Of a stretch of DNA of 64,000 nt, positions 48,982 through 57,960 are shown piece by piece. The notes below the pieces were generated by a model that did not search any database, was not told the origin of the DNA, and saw only the letters and a program-made list of their open reading frames with translations. Made by a program: the position numbers and the translations under genes. Source of the DNA: Candidatus Poribacteria bacterium. Lineage in GTDB: Bacteria; Poribacteria; WGA-4E; WGA-3G. The stretch spans positions 1,863,917 to 1,927,916 of the forward strand of contig OY282374.1 of NCBI GenBank assembly GCA_958295815.1, read 5' to 3'. The first letter of the stretch is position 1, and every line of letters starts with the position of its first letter.

Positions 48982-50952
48982 TCAACCCGGTAATAAACGA
49001 TATCCAATACCTGTAAAAAGCCCAACGACAATCCATATTCCACCGATGAAGCACTCACCCAACACAACACCTAAAACAAGCGGACGGAGTTTCCGGTATT
49101 GGGCAACACCACCGAACTTCAGAACCGTGTATTTGAGGAGCCATCCTATGAAAAATGAACCCCAAAAGCAGAAAGTAGCATAACTCGTCATCAGTAAGGC
49201 ACCGATTGGGTGCAGCTTCCACCAGAGGTAGTGGTGCCGCATCCAGAGCATCCCGAACATCGTGAGACCACCAAAGATGAACGAACCGATCCGCTCTAAC
49301 TCAATGCCACTTGGATTTTGGAGGATACTGGTAAGTCGGTTAAATGGAACCGTCGTGGAGATCATATAGGTCCAGTGTTGTAGGTTTACGGCGCCGTGCG
49401 TGTAGGCGAGGTCTAAAGAGGAGTAGTAAGAGACACCCATCGCCAAGACGATAGCGATACCCATGACGAGTAGAAACGGACGTTGTCTGAGTCGTAGCGG
49501 TTCCGCGAGTTTGAAGTTGTTCATCACCCCCGGCATCAGAATCTCACGCATATCGAACATCAATACCCGTTCGTAGGATACCAAAGTCCAACTCGGCGCG
49601 TTCACACGCGCACTCCCGAATAACGTAATCAAGAATTCACCCGGTAAAAAGGAGTAAATAATAAACAGCAGTCCCCCGTTGGCAACCATCCATGTTCCTA
49701 CTGTTGTGATGGCGAGGAAGATACCGAGCATCACGAGTGCCACCCAGACACTCATCCCCGCGAGGCGACATATCAGTGTAAGCAGTAGTATTCCAACGAT
49801 TAAACCTCCTGCTGCCCATACGTAGGGCAACGGTTCATTGCTATCGTCGCCTGCATGTTTCCCAAAAATAGTAGCGAATGCACGACCGAAATGCCGTTTG
49901 CCGATAAAGAGGATAAATCCAATAAAGACTAACAGCGCGCCCATCTGTTGGTTCTGGTGGAAGTTCCACTGGTTCACCTTTGAGCCGGTGGCATAGATAA
50001 ACACCGTTTCCATTTTTCCGAGCAGAAAGAAAAACCAGAAACTGAACGAAATTTCGAGAGTGAGGAGATAGACAATTGCGATAATCGAAGGGTAGATAAA
50101 AAAATGTACATTGGGCCACCACGCTAAGGCGGATAGCGGTTTCTCGGTGAAGTATGCAGCGATCGAAAAATCGAGAGGAGGTCTCGGTATAGATGGGATG
50201 TAGAGATGCAATCCCCTCAAGCCATGTAATATAACGGGTATCGCAAAGCCACACCACATCAGTCGAGATTTGAAAAACCGGTTCAGGAGGTTACTGCCGG
50301 ATGGCGGCTGAAACATCTCCATCGGCAATTGAACAATCGGGAACGTAAATCGTTCGTGTTCTACCCACTGTTTTCGGAGTAGGACTGTCCAGCAGATCGT
50401 GACGAAGTAGAAGATTAGGACAAACGCGCTCCATCCGACAATTGGTTTCAACCAAGCTTGCCACGGGATCGCATCGCCATCAGGTAATTGTTCATAGAAA
50501 TAGAAAACCGCTTTCGGATCTTTCACGACCATCCAGTCTGGAAGATGCTGATGAAAAAGCGTAACCCACTCGTTTTCTGGGGTTGCGAAGTAGAACGGAC
50601 TTACAGAGAGTGGAACGAGGTATCGCATCAGACCTGAAGACGGAATGCCGGATGCAACCACCATCATTCCCCAGATGACGAGAAGTTCGCCGCCTTGCAA
50701 TTCTACGCCGGGCTTCAGTCTTCTGAGAAGGACATTGATGCTAAGGATGAAGACTAGCATGACGAAGACAACGGCGATCGGCAGATGGTTTCCGGCGAGA
50801 TAGGTGCCACCGACATGGAAGTCGTTATATGGTGTGGCAAGGCATTGGCAGATCACTGCTACTATGCCAATAAACACACTCCGCGCTGTGATACCGGTAT
50901 GCATAGGACGGATGGTTTGTGGAAAGTTCTGCGAGGTGGCAGGAGATGTCAT
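48982..50952 (-). CDS. Large polytopic membrane protein (DUF6785/DUF6784-type), paralog 1
   Basis: About 16 hydrophobic segments; FATPENEW, RKQWVEHERFTFP, WWKLHPIG, LKFGG...GVVLGE. Confidence 0.75.
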   Translation of the reverse strand: MTSPATSQNFPQTIRPMHTGITARSVFIGIVAVICQCLATPYNDFHVGGTYLAGNHLPIAVVFVMLVFILSINVLLRRLKPGVELQGGELLVIWGMMVVASGIPSSGLMRYLVPLSVSPFYFATPENEWVTLFHQHLPDWMVVKDPKAVFYFYEQLPDGDAIPWQAWLKPIVGWSAFVLIFYFVTICWTVLLRKQWVEHERFTFPIVQLPMEMFQPPSGSNLLNRFFKSRLMWCGFAIPVILHGLRGLHLYIPSIPRPPLDFSIAAYFTEKPLSALAWWPNVHFFIYPSIIAIVYLLTLEISFSFWFFFLLGKMETVFIYATGSKVNQWNFHQNQQMGALLVFIGFILFIGKRHFGRAFATIFGKHAGDDSNEPLPYVWAAGGLIVGILLLTLICRLAGMSVWVALVMLGIFLAITTVGTWMVANGGLLFIIYSFLPGEFLITLFGSARVNAPSWTLVSYERVLMFDMREILMPGVMNNFKLAEPLRLRQRPFLLVMGIAIVLAMGVSYYSSLDLAYTHGAVNLQHWTYMISTTVPFNRLTSILQNPSGIELERIGSFIFGGLTMFGMLWMRHHYLWWKLHPIGALLMTSYATFCFWGSFFIGWLLKYTVLKFGGVAQYRKLRPLVLGVVLGECFIGGIWIVVGLFTGIGYRLLPG

Positions 50953-51025
50953 AGGAGGCGCATATCAGTCAGTTGTTTAATTGGGAAGTCTGTAAGAAGT
51001 TGGCTTCTGTAACTCACATTGGATC

Positions 51026-51265
51026 TTAGTCATCAGAACCAATATCGGAACTGATTTCGCTACTTTCTTTAGTAATCCGAATGAGAAATCGTAGTGCCTC
51101 GTTTACAGATACGGCGTCAGGAAATACTTCAGCAACATCAGGTTCTAATTGGATAACATACTTGCCAAATTGCTTCCGTTCGGATCCCATTTTTCTGACT
51201 TGCAAACTTTTCAAATCATACTCTGATCGAAGTTCATCTTGAGTTGTTGTTTTATCCTTTTTCAT
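51026..51265 (-). CDS. BrnA-like antitoxin
   Basis: DELRSEYD...LEPDVAEVFPDAVSVNEALRFLI; ATGA overlap with the upstream BrnT frame. Confidence 0.8.
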   Translation of the reverse strand: MKKDKTTTQDELRSEYDLKSLQVRKMGSERKQFGKYVIQLEPDVAEVFPDAVSVNEALRFLIRITKESSEISSDIGSDD

Positions 51266-51522
51266 AAGTCTCTCTCCTTGGGTGTTGCTTTTCTGGCACT
51301 GATTATACGAATTACATTGCCGCGTTCGGTATATGATACAATTAATAAACGGTTTTGTGCTGATTGTCCAACAATAATATATCTATGTTCATCATAAGAG
51401 TGATCTGGATCATAAAAATCAATGTAGAGGGTGTCATCAAAAACAGTTTACGCTTCATCAAATGACACTCCATGTTTTGACAGGTTAGAAGATGCTTTGT
51501 TATTGTCCCACTCGAACTTCAT
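51262..51522 (-). pseudogene. BrnT-family toxin with in-frame TAA at codon 25
   Basis: Manual translation: MKFEWDNNKASSNLSKHGVSFDEA*TVFDDTLYIDFYDPDHSYDEHRYIIVGQSAQNRLLIVSYTERGNVIRIISARKATPKERDL; stop at 51448-51450. Confidence 0.9.
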
Positions 51523-51527
51523 TAAAG

Positions 51528-52751
51528 TTAGTTCCGTAAGTCAAATACAGTTTTCACTGTAGCGGTTTTTCCGGTATTTAATGCCGTCTGGATTGCACGT
51601 TTGTAATCTTTCAACGGAAATAGAGCGCTCACCAATGGACGCAAATGGGATTCCATCTTTTGGAGAAGACGCATACCGAGTGTGAAAGTATGCACCTGTT
51701 CACCATTATGCGTTTCGAGTCCGTATGTATAGGCACCCTCCACCCGCAACTGCTTATACCAGATAGAGGTCCAGTCAACGTTCTTAGGTATTCCCGGCAT
51801 TCCGACTAAGATGACTACGCCACCTGCCCTGGTAAAACGCAGGGCATCGTCTATTGTGACACTGGATCCTATACAGTCGAAGGTAACGTCCACACCACCG
51901 ATTAGGACCTGTTGTCCGAGTTCGGGTTGATGCGATTCTGCGCGTGTTAATTTACAGAAGTCCGCATATCGGGTATTATTTGGTGATAGTACATCGTCCG
52001 CACCAAGCTCGCGTGCCAATTGCTGTTGATGTGGATATTTAGCGAAGACAATAATTCGGTTCCGATGACCGAGTATCCGAAGTGCGGCGATGGTAAGTAA
52101 TCCGATTGTGCCGCCGCCAATCACACAGATGGTTGCTGTCCTGTTGGAAGGCATTTTTAGAACGCTGTGTAGGGCGCAAGCAAACGGTTCGAGTAGCACA
52201 GCGGCTTCATCTGAAATACCGTCAGGAACGAGATGAAGTTGTGCCTGATGTGCGAGAACGTATCTGCTCCACCCACCACCTGTCTCGCGACAGTAGCCAG
52301 TCTGAACACCTCCAGAAATATCGCCTTTTGTGATGTTCTCACAGTTGGCTAAACGTCCGTTTTGGCACTGGTGACACTCTGGTGTGATTCCTCTAATCTT
52401 ACATGAGAGTGCTGGTTCAAGTACCACCCGCGCACCAACTGGGAAGCCTTCCACGGCATCACCAATCTCAGCAATGTCGCCAACGATTTCATGTCCCAGT
52501 ACAAAAGGTGTTGACGTAAAGGGCGAGAAATATGGGCTTCCTTTCGCAGTGATTGTTGCTAAATCGGAACCGCAAATACCGCTGAGTCGGGTCTTGACTT
52601 TGACCCATTCAGGTGTTGGCAGTTGTGGCTCTGGAATATCAACGATGCGCGTACAAGAGAATGGGGACGTATAGAGACCTTGCCACCGTTTCCCAAGGTA
52701 GCGCATCGCGAGATAACGTGGGATGCTTTTAGTGTATTGGATAGCTTCCAC
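51528..52751 (-). CDS. Zinc-binding alcohol dehydrogenase family protein
   Basis: SGICGSD, PFVLGHE, C...ECHQC...C, GGGTIG. Confidence 0.9.
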   Translation of the reverse strand: MEAIQYTKSIPRYLAMRYLGKRWQGLYTSPFSCTRIVDIPEPQLPTPEWVKVKTRLSGICGSDLATITAKGSPYFSPFTSTPFVLGHEIVGDIAEIGDAVEGFPVGARVVLEPALSCKIRGITPECHQCQNGRLANCENITKGDISGGVQTGYCRETGGGWSRYVLAHQAQLHLVPDGISDEAAVLLEPFACALHSVLKMPSNRTATICVIGGGTIGLLTIAALRILGHRNRIIVFAKYPHQQQLARELGADDVLSPNNTRYADFCKLTRAESHQPELGQQVLIGGVDVTFDCIGSSVTIDDALRFTRAGGVVILVGMPGIPKNVDWTSIWYKQLRVEGAYTYGLETHNGEQVHTFTLGMRLLQKMESHLRPLVSALFPLKDYKRAIQTALNTGKTATVKTVFDLRN

Positions 52752-52830
52752 TATTTTACTTCCAAAGAGGTCGGGATTTTATCCTTTCGTACTCTGCTCT
52801 GTTTCTTATTCTGTAATGTTTGAGAATTTC

Positions 52831-53412
52831 TTAATTATCCGTATCAAATTTGACGCGTCTGTAGATGTGCTGCAGAGGTAGCTTGCACCCAATAGATACA
52901 AGCGGCACTACATCCGAAAGTGTCCAAAATTCCGTTGGCAACCATTCGGGTTCTTGGCGACGATACTGCATTACCTGCACTTTGTCTTGTGAAATTAGAA
53001 CGTATTCTTGCAAGGAATCAATTTGACGATAATGTGCGAATTTCTCGTCTCTGTCATACAGTTCAGTGGAAGATGAAAGCACCTCTACGATGAGGGTTGG
53101 ATTCAGGAGTGTGTCAAAGACGTTATCCTCTGCGCGTGGTTCCCCGCAAACAACGACAATATCTGGATAAAAGTAGGATTCTGTTTGGATGACTTTCACG
53201 CGTAGATCACCCGTAGCGACTTGACATTCCCCATCCATCAGTTGGTTGTTAAGGTGGGTTGCTGTATCTAACGTGATAAAATTATGTGCGAAACTGGCAC
53301 CTGCCATCGCGATTGTTTCTCCGTTCACGTATTCGTTTTTAGTTGTCGCCTTACGTTCCAATTTAAGATACGCTTTAGGAGTTAAGTGAGTTGGTGCTGC
53401 TATAGGTGCCAT
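52831..53412 (-). CDS. Uma2 family (DUF820) endonuclease-like protein
   Basis: EYVNGE..AMAGAS..HN, YPDIVVVC, PTLIVEVLS, YVLISQ. Confidence 0.92.
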   Translation of the reverse strand: MAPIAAPTHLTPKAYLKLERKATTKNEYVNGETIAMAGASFAHNFITLDTATHLNNQLMDGECQVATGDLRVKVIQTESYFYPDIVVVCGEPRAEDNVFDTLLNPTLIVEVLSSSTELYDRDEKFAHYRQIDSLQEYVLISQDKVQVMQYRRQEPEWLPTEFWTLSDVVPLVSIGCKLPLQHIYRRVKFDTDN

Positions 53413-53450
53413 CTGACTGTCTCCTTCCCTAGTATTTACGTCTAAGCCAG

Positions 53451-53473
53451 AGGCGGGACTGAAAATCCCGCCT
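53451..53473 (-). terminator. Hairpin after sat
   Basis: AGGCGGGA-CTGAAAA-TCCCGCCT. Confidence 0.55.
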
Positions 53474-53486
53474 TCAGATAAGTTAA

Positions 53487-54683
53487 TTAGGCATTTGCCT
53501 CAGCTTGGTAATACTCCATCAGGATCTCTGCGACTTCGGGGCGCGCAATCTCCGGTGGGAGCGGTTCGCCTGCCGCGAGAATCTCACGCTGTCTTGTACC
53601 AGAGACGTTGAAATAATCGTCGCCTCCGTGCGGGCAGTCGCGCATCATCACGATCTCGTTACACTGCTTGCACCACACCGTAAAGTCGCCACGAAATATA
53701 CCTATTTCTAAAGCACCTTCAGGAATTCCATCAAAGATCTCTTGAGCTTCAAACGGACCGTAATAGTCGCCTGCTCCGGCGTGGTCCCGTCCGACGATGA
53801 AGTGTGACGCTCCAGAGTTCTGACGGAAAACGGCGTGTAGCAGTGCCTCCCGCGGTCCGGCGTAAAGCATGTCGAATCCATATCCGGTGATCGAGACGGT
53901 ATTTTCGGGGAAATAGTGTTGGACCATGGCGCGGATAGAAGCATCACGAACGGCAGCGGGAATATCGCCAGGTTTTAGTTTGCCGAGGAGCATGTGAATC
54001 AAAATTCCATCGGCATTGACTTCTCTTTGTGCTATCTTACAGAGTTCCTCGTGGGCACGGTGCATCGGGTTACGCGTCTGAAAAGCAACGACCGTGTTCC
54101 ACCCACGCGCTGCGATATCTTCGCGAATCTCAACGGCTGTGCGGAATGTATCTGGGAAATCCTCTGGGAAGTAGGAATAGTTCAATACCTCGATAGGACC
54201 GGAGAGAACGTTGTCTCCGACATCGGCAAAAGCAGGAACACCGGGATGTTCTGGGTCGGTGGTTCCGAAGGTCTTTTCGATGAGAAGTTGCTTCTGGTCT
54301 GCTGAGAGTGTCTCGATTGCCGAAACCTTCATAACAGCGATCGGTGGATTACCTTCTACGTTCGGATCGCGGAGCGCAATTCGATCGGCGTTCTTTACGG
54401 CGTCAGTAAGCTGCTCAGACGGAACAATATTCATAATAGGAACGGGCCAGAAAAGCCCGTTCGGCAGTTTCATATCTGCAGCAACGCTTGTGGCTTCAGC
54501 GATGTTCATGTAGCCCGTGAGCGGTGTGAAGTAACCTGACGCGAGCATGACGGCTGATGCAGCGGCACCCGAAGAGAGCAGCACAGACGGAAGCTGCTCC
54601 GCCTCTTTGGTCAGTTCGGCACGTTGTGCATCATCCGAAACGTAAAGCGGTTTTAAGGTTTCGGCTCCATGTGGTTTAATCAT
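53487..54683 (-). CDS. sat: Sulfate adenylyltransferase (ATP sulfurylase)
   Basis: FQTRNPMHRAHEEL, YAGPREA, HFIVGRDHAG, RPEVA. Confidence 0.97.
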   Translation of the reverse strand: MIKPHGAETLKPLYVSDDAQRAELTKEAEQLPSVLLSSGAAASAVMLASGYFTPLTGYMNIAEATSVAADMKLPNGLFWPVPIMNIVPSEQLTDAVKNADRIALRDPNVEGNPPIAVMKVSAIETLSADQKQLLIEKTFGTTDPEHPGVPAFADVGDNVLSGPIEVLNYSYFPEDFPDTFRTAVEIREDIAARGWNTVVAFQTRNPMHRAHEELCKIAQREVNADGILIHMLLGKLKPGDIPAAVRDASIRAMVQHYFPENTVSITGYGFDMLYAGPREALLHAVFRQNSGASHFIVGRDHAGAGDYYGPFEAQEIFDGIPEGALEIGIFRGDFTVWCKQCNEIVMMRDCPHGGDDYFNVSGTRQREILAAGEPLPPEIARPEVAEILMEYYQAEANA

Positions 54684-54743
54684 TCAATTCTCCTTTTTCC
54701 CGTTGGCAAAACCAGCACATACGGGGATTTGCGTAAATTGACA

Positions 54744-56870
54744 TTATTTTGGTTGTATCTGTTCGACTGTACAGCCGTTCCAAATCCAAAAGTGATTTTT
54801 GTTGTTCCAGTCATCTTCAAGACGCACCCGGTCTTTGGGTGTGAAAATGACTTGTGTGAGATAGCCATCTGTGACTTCTACTGTATAGGTGTGTTGAAGC
54901 ACGTCATTATCGTCTGATATTGTAAAGCCCTTAAGAATTTGTCTGTCGTTGGCTAATAGATTGAGCGTATGCGTTGCATCTTCTCTTTCAGCAAAGGTAT
55001 TGGTTACGCGGTAGGTTCCGTTGGGTAAGTCGATTTTGAATGCAGCATCTCTCTGACCCCAAACACCATCCTGCGCGAGTGCAGTCGTTCTTCTGTCGAC
55101 CCGTGTCGTTCTTCTGTCGACTCGATAGCCTTCGTGTGGTGAGCGCGTATCCCATCCGAATTTGCCGCTCTCATATTCTGTATTAGGTCCAATAGCGTGA
55201 TGGTTCGGTGCGGTTTGGCTACCGTTGGGTTGCATATCAAAACGAATTATCAGATTGTCGGTTTCCGTTTTATCCCACAAATCGAGCATCGGTCCCGGTG
55301 CGCGTTTTTTCCTGTAGACTTGGAGATGCTTTGTTTCGTGGATAATCTCGTGATCAGCGGTGTATGCATGGAATTCAGGGGTATCGGGTGGATACCATGC
55401 AATAACGTAATCAGTAGATGCTTGATGGTACCACAAATCTTTATAATTCTCTGGTGCGTTCTCGGCGTTGCGATTTATCGGGAAGTAGTAAAATTCGGCT
55501 TCATAATTTGACAAATGCGCCACGTCTTTTGCGTAGACACCATAGAGTGCCATGTGATGCACAAACGGCGTAACGTATTCAATCTTCCCTAACGCCTCGG
55601 ATTTGTGCCAACCCTCTTCCATCGACCGAATCTGATATGTTGTATGCGGTTCTATCAAGTGTGTGCCTGAGACCAACTCCGCAATCTCTGGGGCAATACG
55701 TGCATGGTCGTAGGCAGTCCTACCAAAGTGGATTAAACTGAAAACGATAAGACACGCTGCCATAGCATAACGAAAGTATTTCCCCATATTTGGAATGAAC
55801 CATGCCGCCATCATCAACAGAATGTAGAGATGAATTCGATCGTTGATCCAGCCGCCCGGTCCATAACTCCACGGTGCCCTAACGAACATGTAAGTAAACA
55901 AGATCGCAATTAGTAAGAACGCATCAGTCGGTCTCACCCACTCTTTTCGACGAATTCGATAACCGATAGAGATAAGCAGTGCTATCCCTAACAGACCGAG
56001 GACGCAATAGTGCACCGGAAGATGCCAATCAGTGAAATAGACGATCGACTTAATCCCCAAAAAGTATTCCCAAACCCATTCCATTCCTCTATGATTGCCC
56101 TGTTGATGCTGTTTCATGCTATGTAAGTAGTACTCCAATAGCACAAAATACATCGGCACCATATAGAGAAGAAACCGGAAAACTGGCTTAAGACTAACTA
56201 CGAAACTTTGCAGCAACATAGCAAAACCTTCGCGACGCGCTCGCCACGCTGCAGCTACCGCAGGAGCACCCCATAAACAACTTCCTGCAATAGAAATACC
56301 CAACACAACAAGCCCGTATGAGGCAATGTGCGATAGATACGTTAGCAATAGCAACACGTATAGACAAGCCAGATGCCTTACCTGCATGTCGTCTTTATGC
56401 TTCCACCAGAACCCGAAACTAAAGAAGAAAAATGAAATGCTTAACTGGAAGTTGTAAAATCCCATGTAGAGGAGGTAGTTGTAAGTGAAAGGAAAACCGA
56501 GCCAAGCATACACGTACTGCCCTTTTTCACCTCTGTGGACAGCGTTGAGGAAATAGAAGAAGGCAAACGGTACCATGCCTATCGCAATCGTTAAAAAGAC
56601 TTTTTCTGAAATGACGGGCGGAAACACGTAGAGAAATCCTAACAGCATAATGTGGGACAACCAGTTCGGGAAGACCGTGATATTCAGTTCCCACGCATTC
56701 CGCATCGTGTAGTTTTCGTGTTTCGCATATTCTTTGAGCACTAAGCCGTTATAGATATGACTGGCACCATCTTGAGAGGGAAAATAGGCAAAGATCCAAA
56801 GCGGTAGGATATGTAGTATCAACAACACTACAAATAGGTGTTTCCAAGAAAAATTTCTCCAATTAAACAT
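54744..56870 (-). CDS. Polytopic membrane protein (GT-C-like) with C-terminal carbohydrate-binding-like beta domain
   Basis: About 11 TMs with loop motif FPSQDGASH and GFYNF; C-terminal RFD...FGW...FKIDLPNGTYRV beta-sandwich pattern. Confidence 0.6.
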   Translation of the reverse strand: MFNWRNFSWKHLFVVLLILHILPLWIFAYFPSQDGASHIYNGLVLKEYAKHENYTMRNAWELNITVFPNWLSHIMLLGFLYVFPPVISEKVFLTIAIGMVPFAFFYFLNAVHRGEKGQYVYAWLGFPFTYNYLLYMGFYNFQLSISFFFFSFGFWWKHKDDMQVRHLACLYVLLLLTYLSHIASYGLVVLGISIAGSCLWGAPAVAAAWRARREGFAMLLQSFVVSLKPVFRFLLYMVPMYFVLLEYYLHSMKQHQQGNHRGMEWVWEYFLGIKSIVYFTDWHLPVHYCVLGLLGIALLISIGYRIRRKEWVRPTDAFLLIAILFTYMFVRAPWSYGPGGWINDRIHLYILLMMAAWFIPNMGKYFRYAMAACLIVFSLIHFGRTAYDHARIAPEIAELVSGTHLIEPHTTYQIRSMEEGWHKSEALGKIEYVTPFVHHMALYGVYAKDVAHLSNYEAEFYYFPINRNAENAPENYKDLWYHQASTDYVIAWYPPDTPEFHAYTADHEIIHETKHLQVYRKKRAPGPMLDLWDKTETDNLIIRFDMQPNGSQTAPNHHAIGPNTEYESGKFGWDTRSPHEGYRVDRRTTRVDRRTTALAQDGVWGQRDAAFKIDLPNGTYRVTNTFAEREDATHTLNLLANDRQILKGFTISDDNDVLQHTYTVEVTDGYLTQVIFTPKDRVRLEDDWNNKNHFWIWNGCTVEQIQPK
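55084..55125 (-). repeat. 21-bp in-frame tandem duplication (RVDRRTT x2)
   Basis: GTCGTTCTTCTGTCGACCCGT followed by GTCGTTCTTCTGTCGACTCGA. Confidence 0.85.
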
Positions 56871-56899
56871 GTTTTCCCTCCGATACAGGGAAGTGCTGC

Positions 56900-57586
56900 C
56901 TAAGTTTGTAGGTTATCTCTATAGTAGAGACAGTGTTGCGTCAACGGACACCGTTCACATAACGGTTTTCGGGCATTGCAAATCTGTCTGCCGAAGTAAA
57001 TTAGGTTCATGTGGAATGGATACGCCTTCCCCACTGGCACTATTGGTAGTAGTTCCTGATGTGCCTTTTCTGCACTACAATTCGATGGGATCAGTCCGAG
57101 GCGTTTGGAAATCCGCAGGATGTGTGTATCAACAGGGAAGACCTCTCTGCCACACGCGAAAGAGAGCGTGACACAGGCGGTTTTGATACCAATACCTTTG
57201 TGTTGACACAGGAGTTCTAAAGCTGCCTCAGTTTCCATATCGTGCATGAACTCCAGTGAAAGTTCACTATGTTCAGTTTTAAGCCAGGAGAGGAATTTTT
57301 TGATGGTGTGACTTTTCTGGTTTCCCAATCCGGCGAGTCTTATTGCCGCCTCTATCGTTTTAACATCGGCGTGCAGGACATCTTCCCACGTTGGAAGCCG
57401 GTCTTTCAGTTCGGCGTATCCCTTATCTCGGTTAACGTCTGTCGTGTTTTGGGACAAGATCGTTAAGATGAGGCATTCTAACACATCTCCGCCACCGTCG
57501 CGACTTGGCACACCAAGTAAACCTTCTAACGTATCTGATATGAGTTCTGCTTTCTCTTTAAGTTCCAATTCTTTTCTTCCGAGCAT
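56900..57586 (-). CDS. Endonuclease III-like HhH-GPD DNA glycosylase
   Basis: ILSQNTTD, GIGIKTA, FPVDTH, CNARKPLCERCPLTQHC 4Fe-4S motif. Confidence 0.9.
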   Translation of the reverse strand: MLGRKELELKEKAELISDTLEGLLGVPSRDGGGDVLECLILTILSQNTTDVNRDKGYAELKDRLPTWEDVLHADVKTIEAAIRLAGLGNQKSHTIKKFLSWLKTEHSELSLEFMHDMETEAALELLCQHKGIGIKTACVTLSFACGREVFPVDTHILRISKRLGLIPSNCSAEKAHQELLPIVPVGKAYPFHMNLIYFGRQICNARKPLCERCPLTQHCLYYRDNLQT

Positions 57587-57672
57587 TGCGTTTTAAATAT
57601 TATACCACAAACAGAAAAAATAACAACGCTTTTACGTGTTGGGTTATAAGTTGTAAGTTAATCCCTATGGTA

Positions 57673-57844
57673 ACGCCAGTTTGAAAAAAAATATTAGAAG
57701 CCAAGACCGACGCATATTGAGAAAAAAAGCAATAAATTCACCCAAGATGAGGAGGTTTTTTAGGGATCTAACCCCCTAAATCCCCCTTATCAGGGGGACT
57801 TTAATCGGAAATGCGCCTACTCTAAATATTTATCAAACTCACGT
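57673..57844. mobile_element. MITE (172 bp) with imperfect TIRs and 7-bp TSD TATGGTA
   Basis: Ends ACGCCAGTTTGA and TCAAACTCACGT; TATGGTA at 57666-57672 and 57845-57851; second copy at 61781. Confidence 0.88.
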
Positions 57845-57960
57845 TATGGTAGATATGTCGGATTTCCACGACGTAGACTATTTTGACCAGCAACCAAGTA
57901 CCTACAACTAACAACCAATGCCCTGAAGGAGGGATCTCCAATCCTGATAGCGGACTGTCA

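Noticed and set aside
53487-54683. sat as evidence for dissimilatory sulfur metabolism
   Set aside because: No aprAB, dsr or sox genes in the window; assimilatory or PAPS use is equally plausible.
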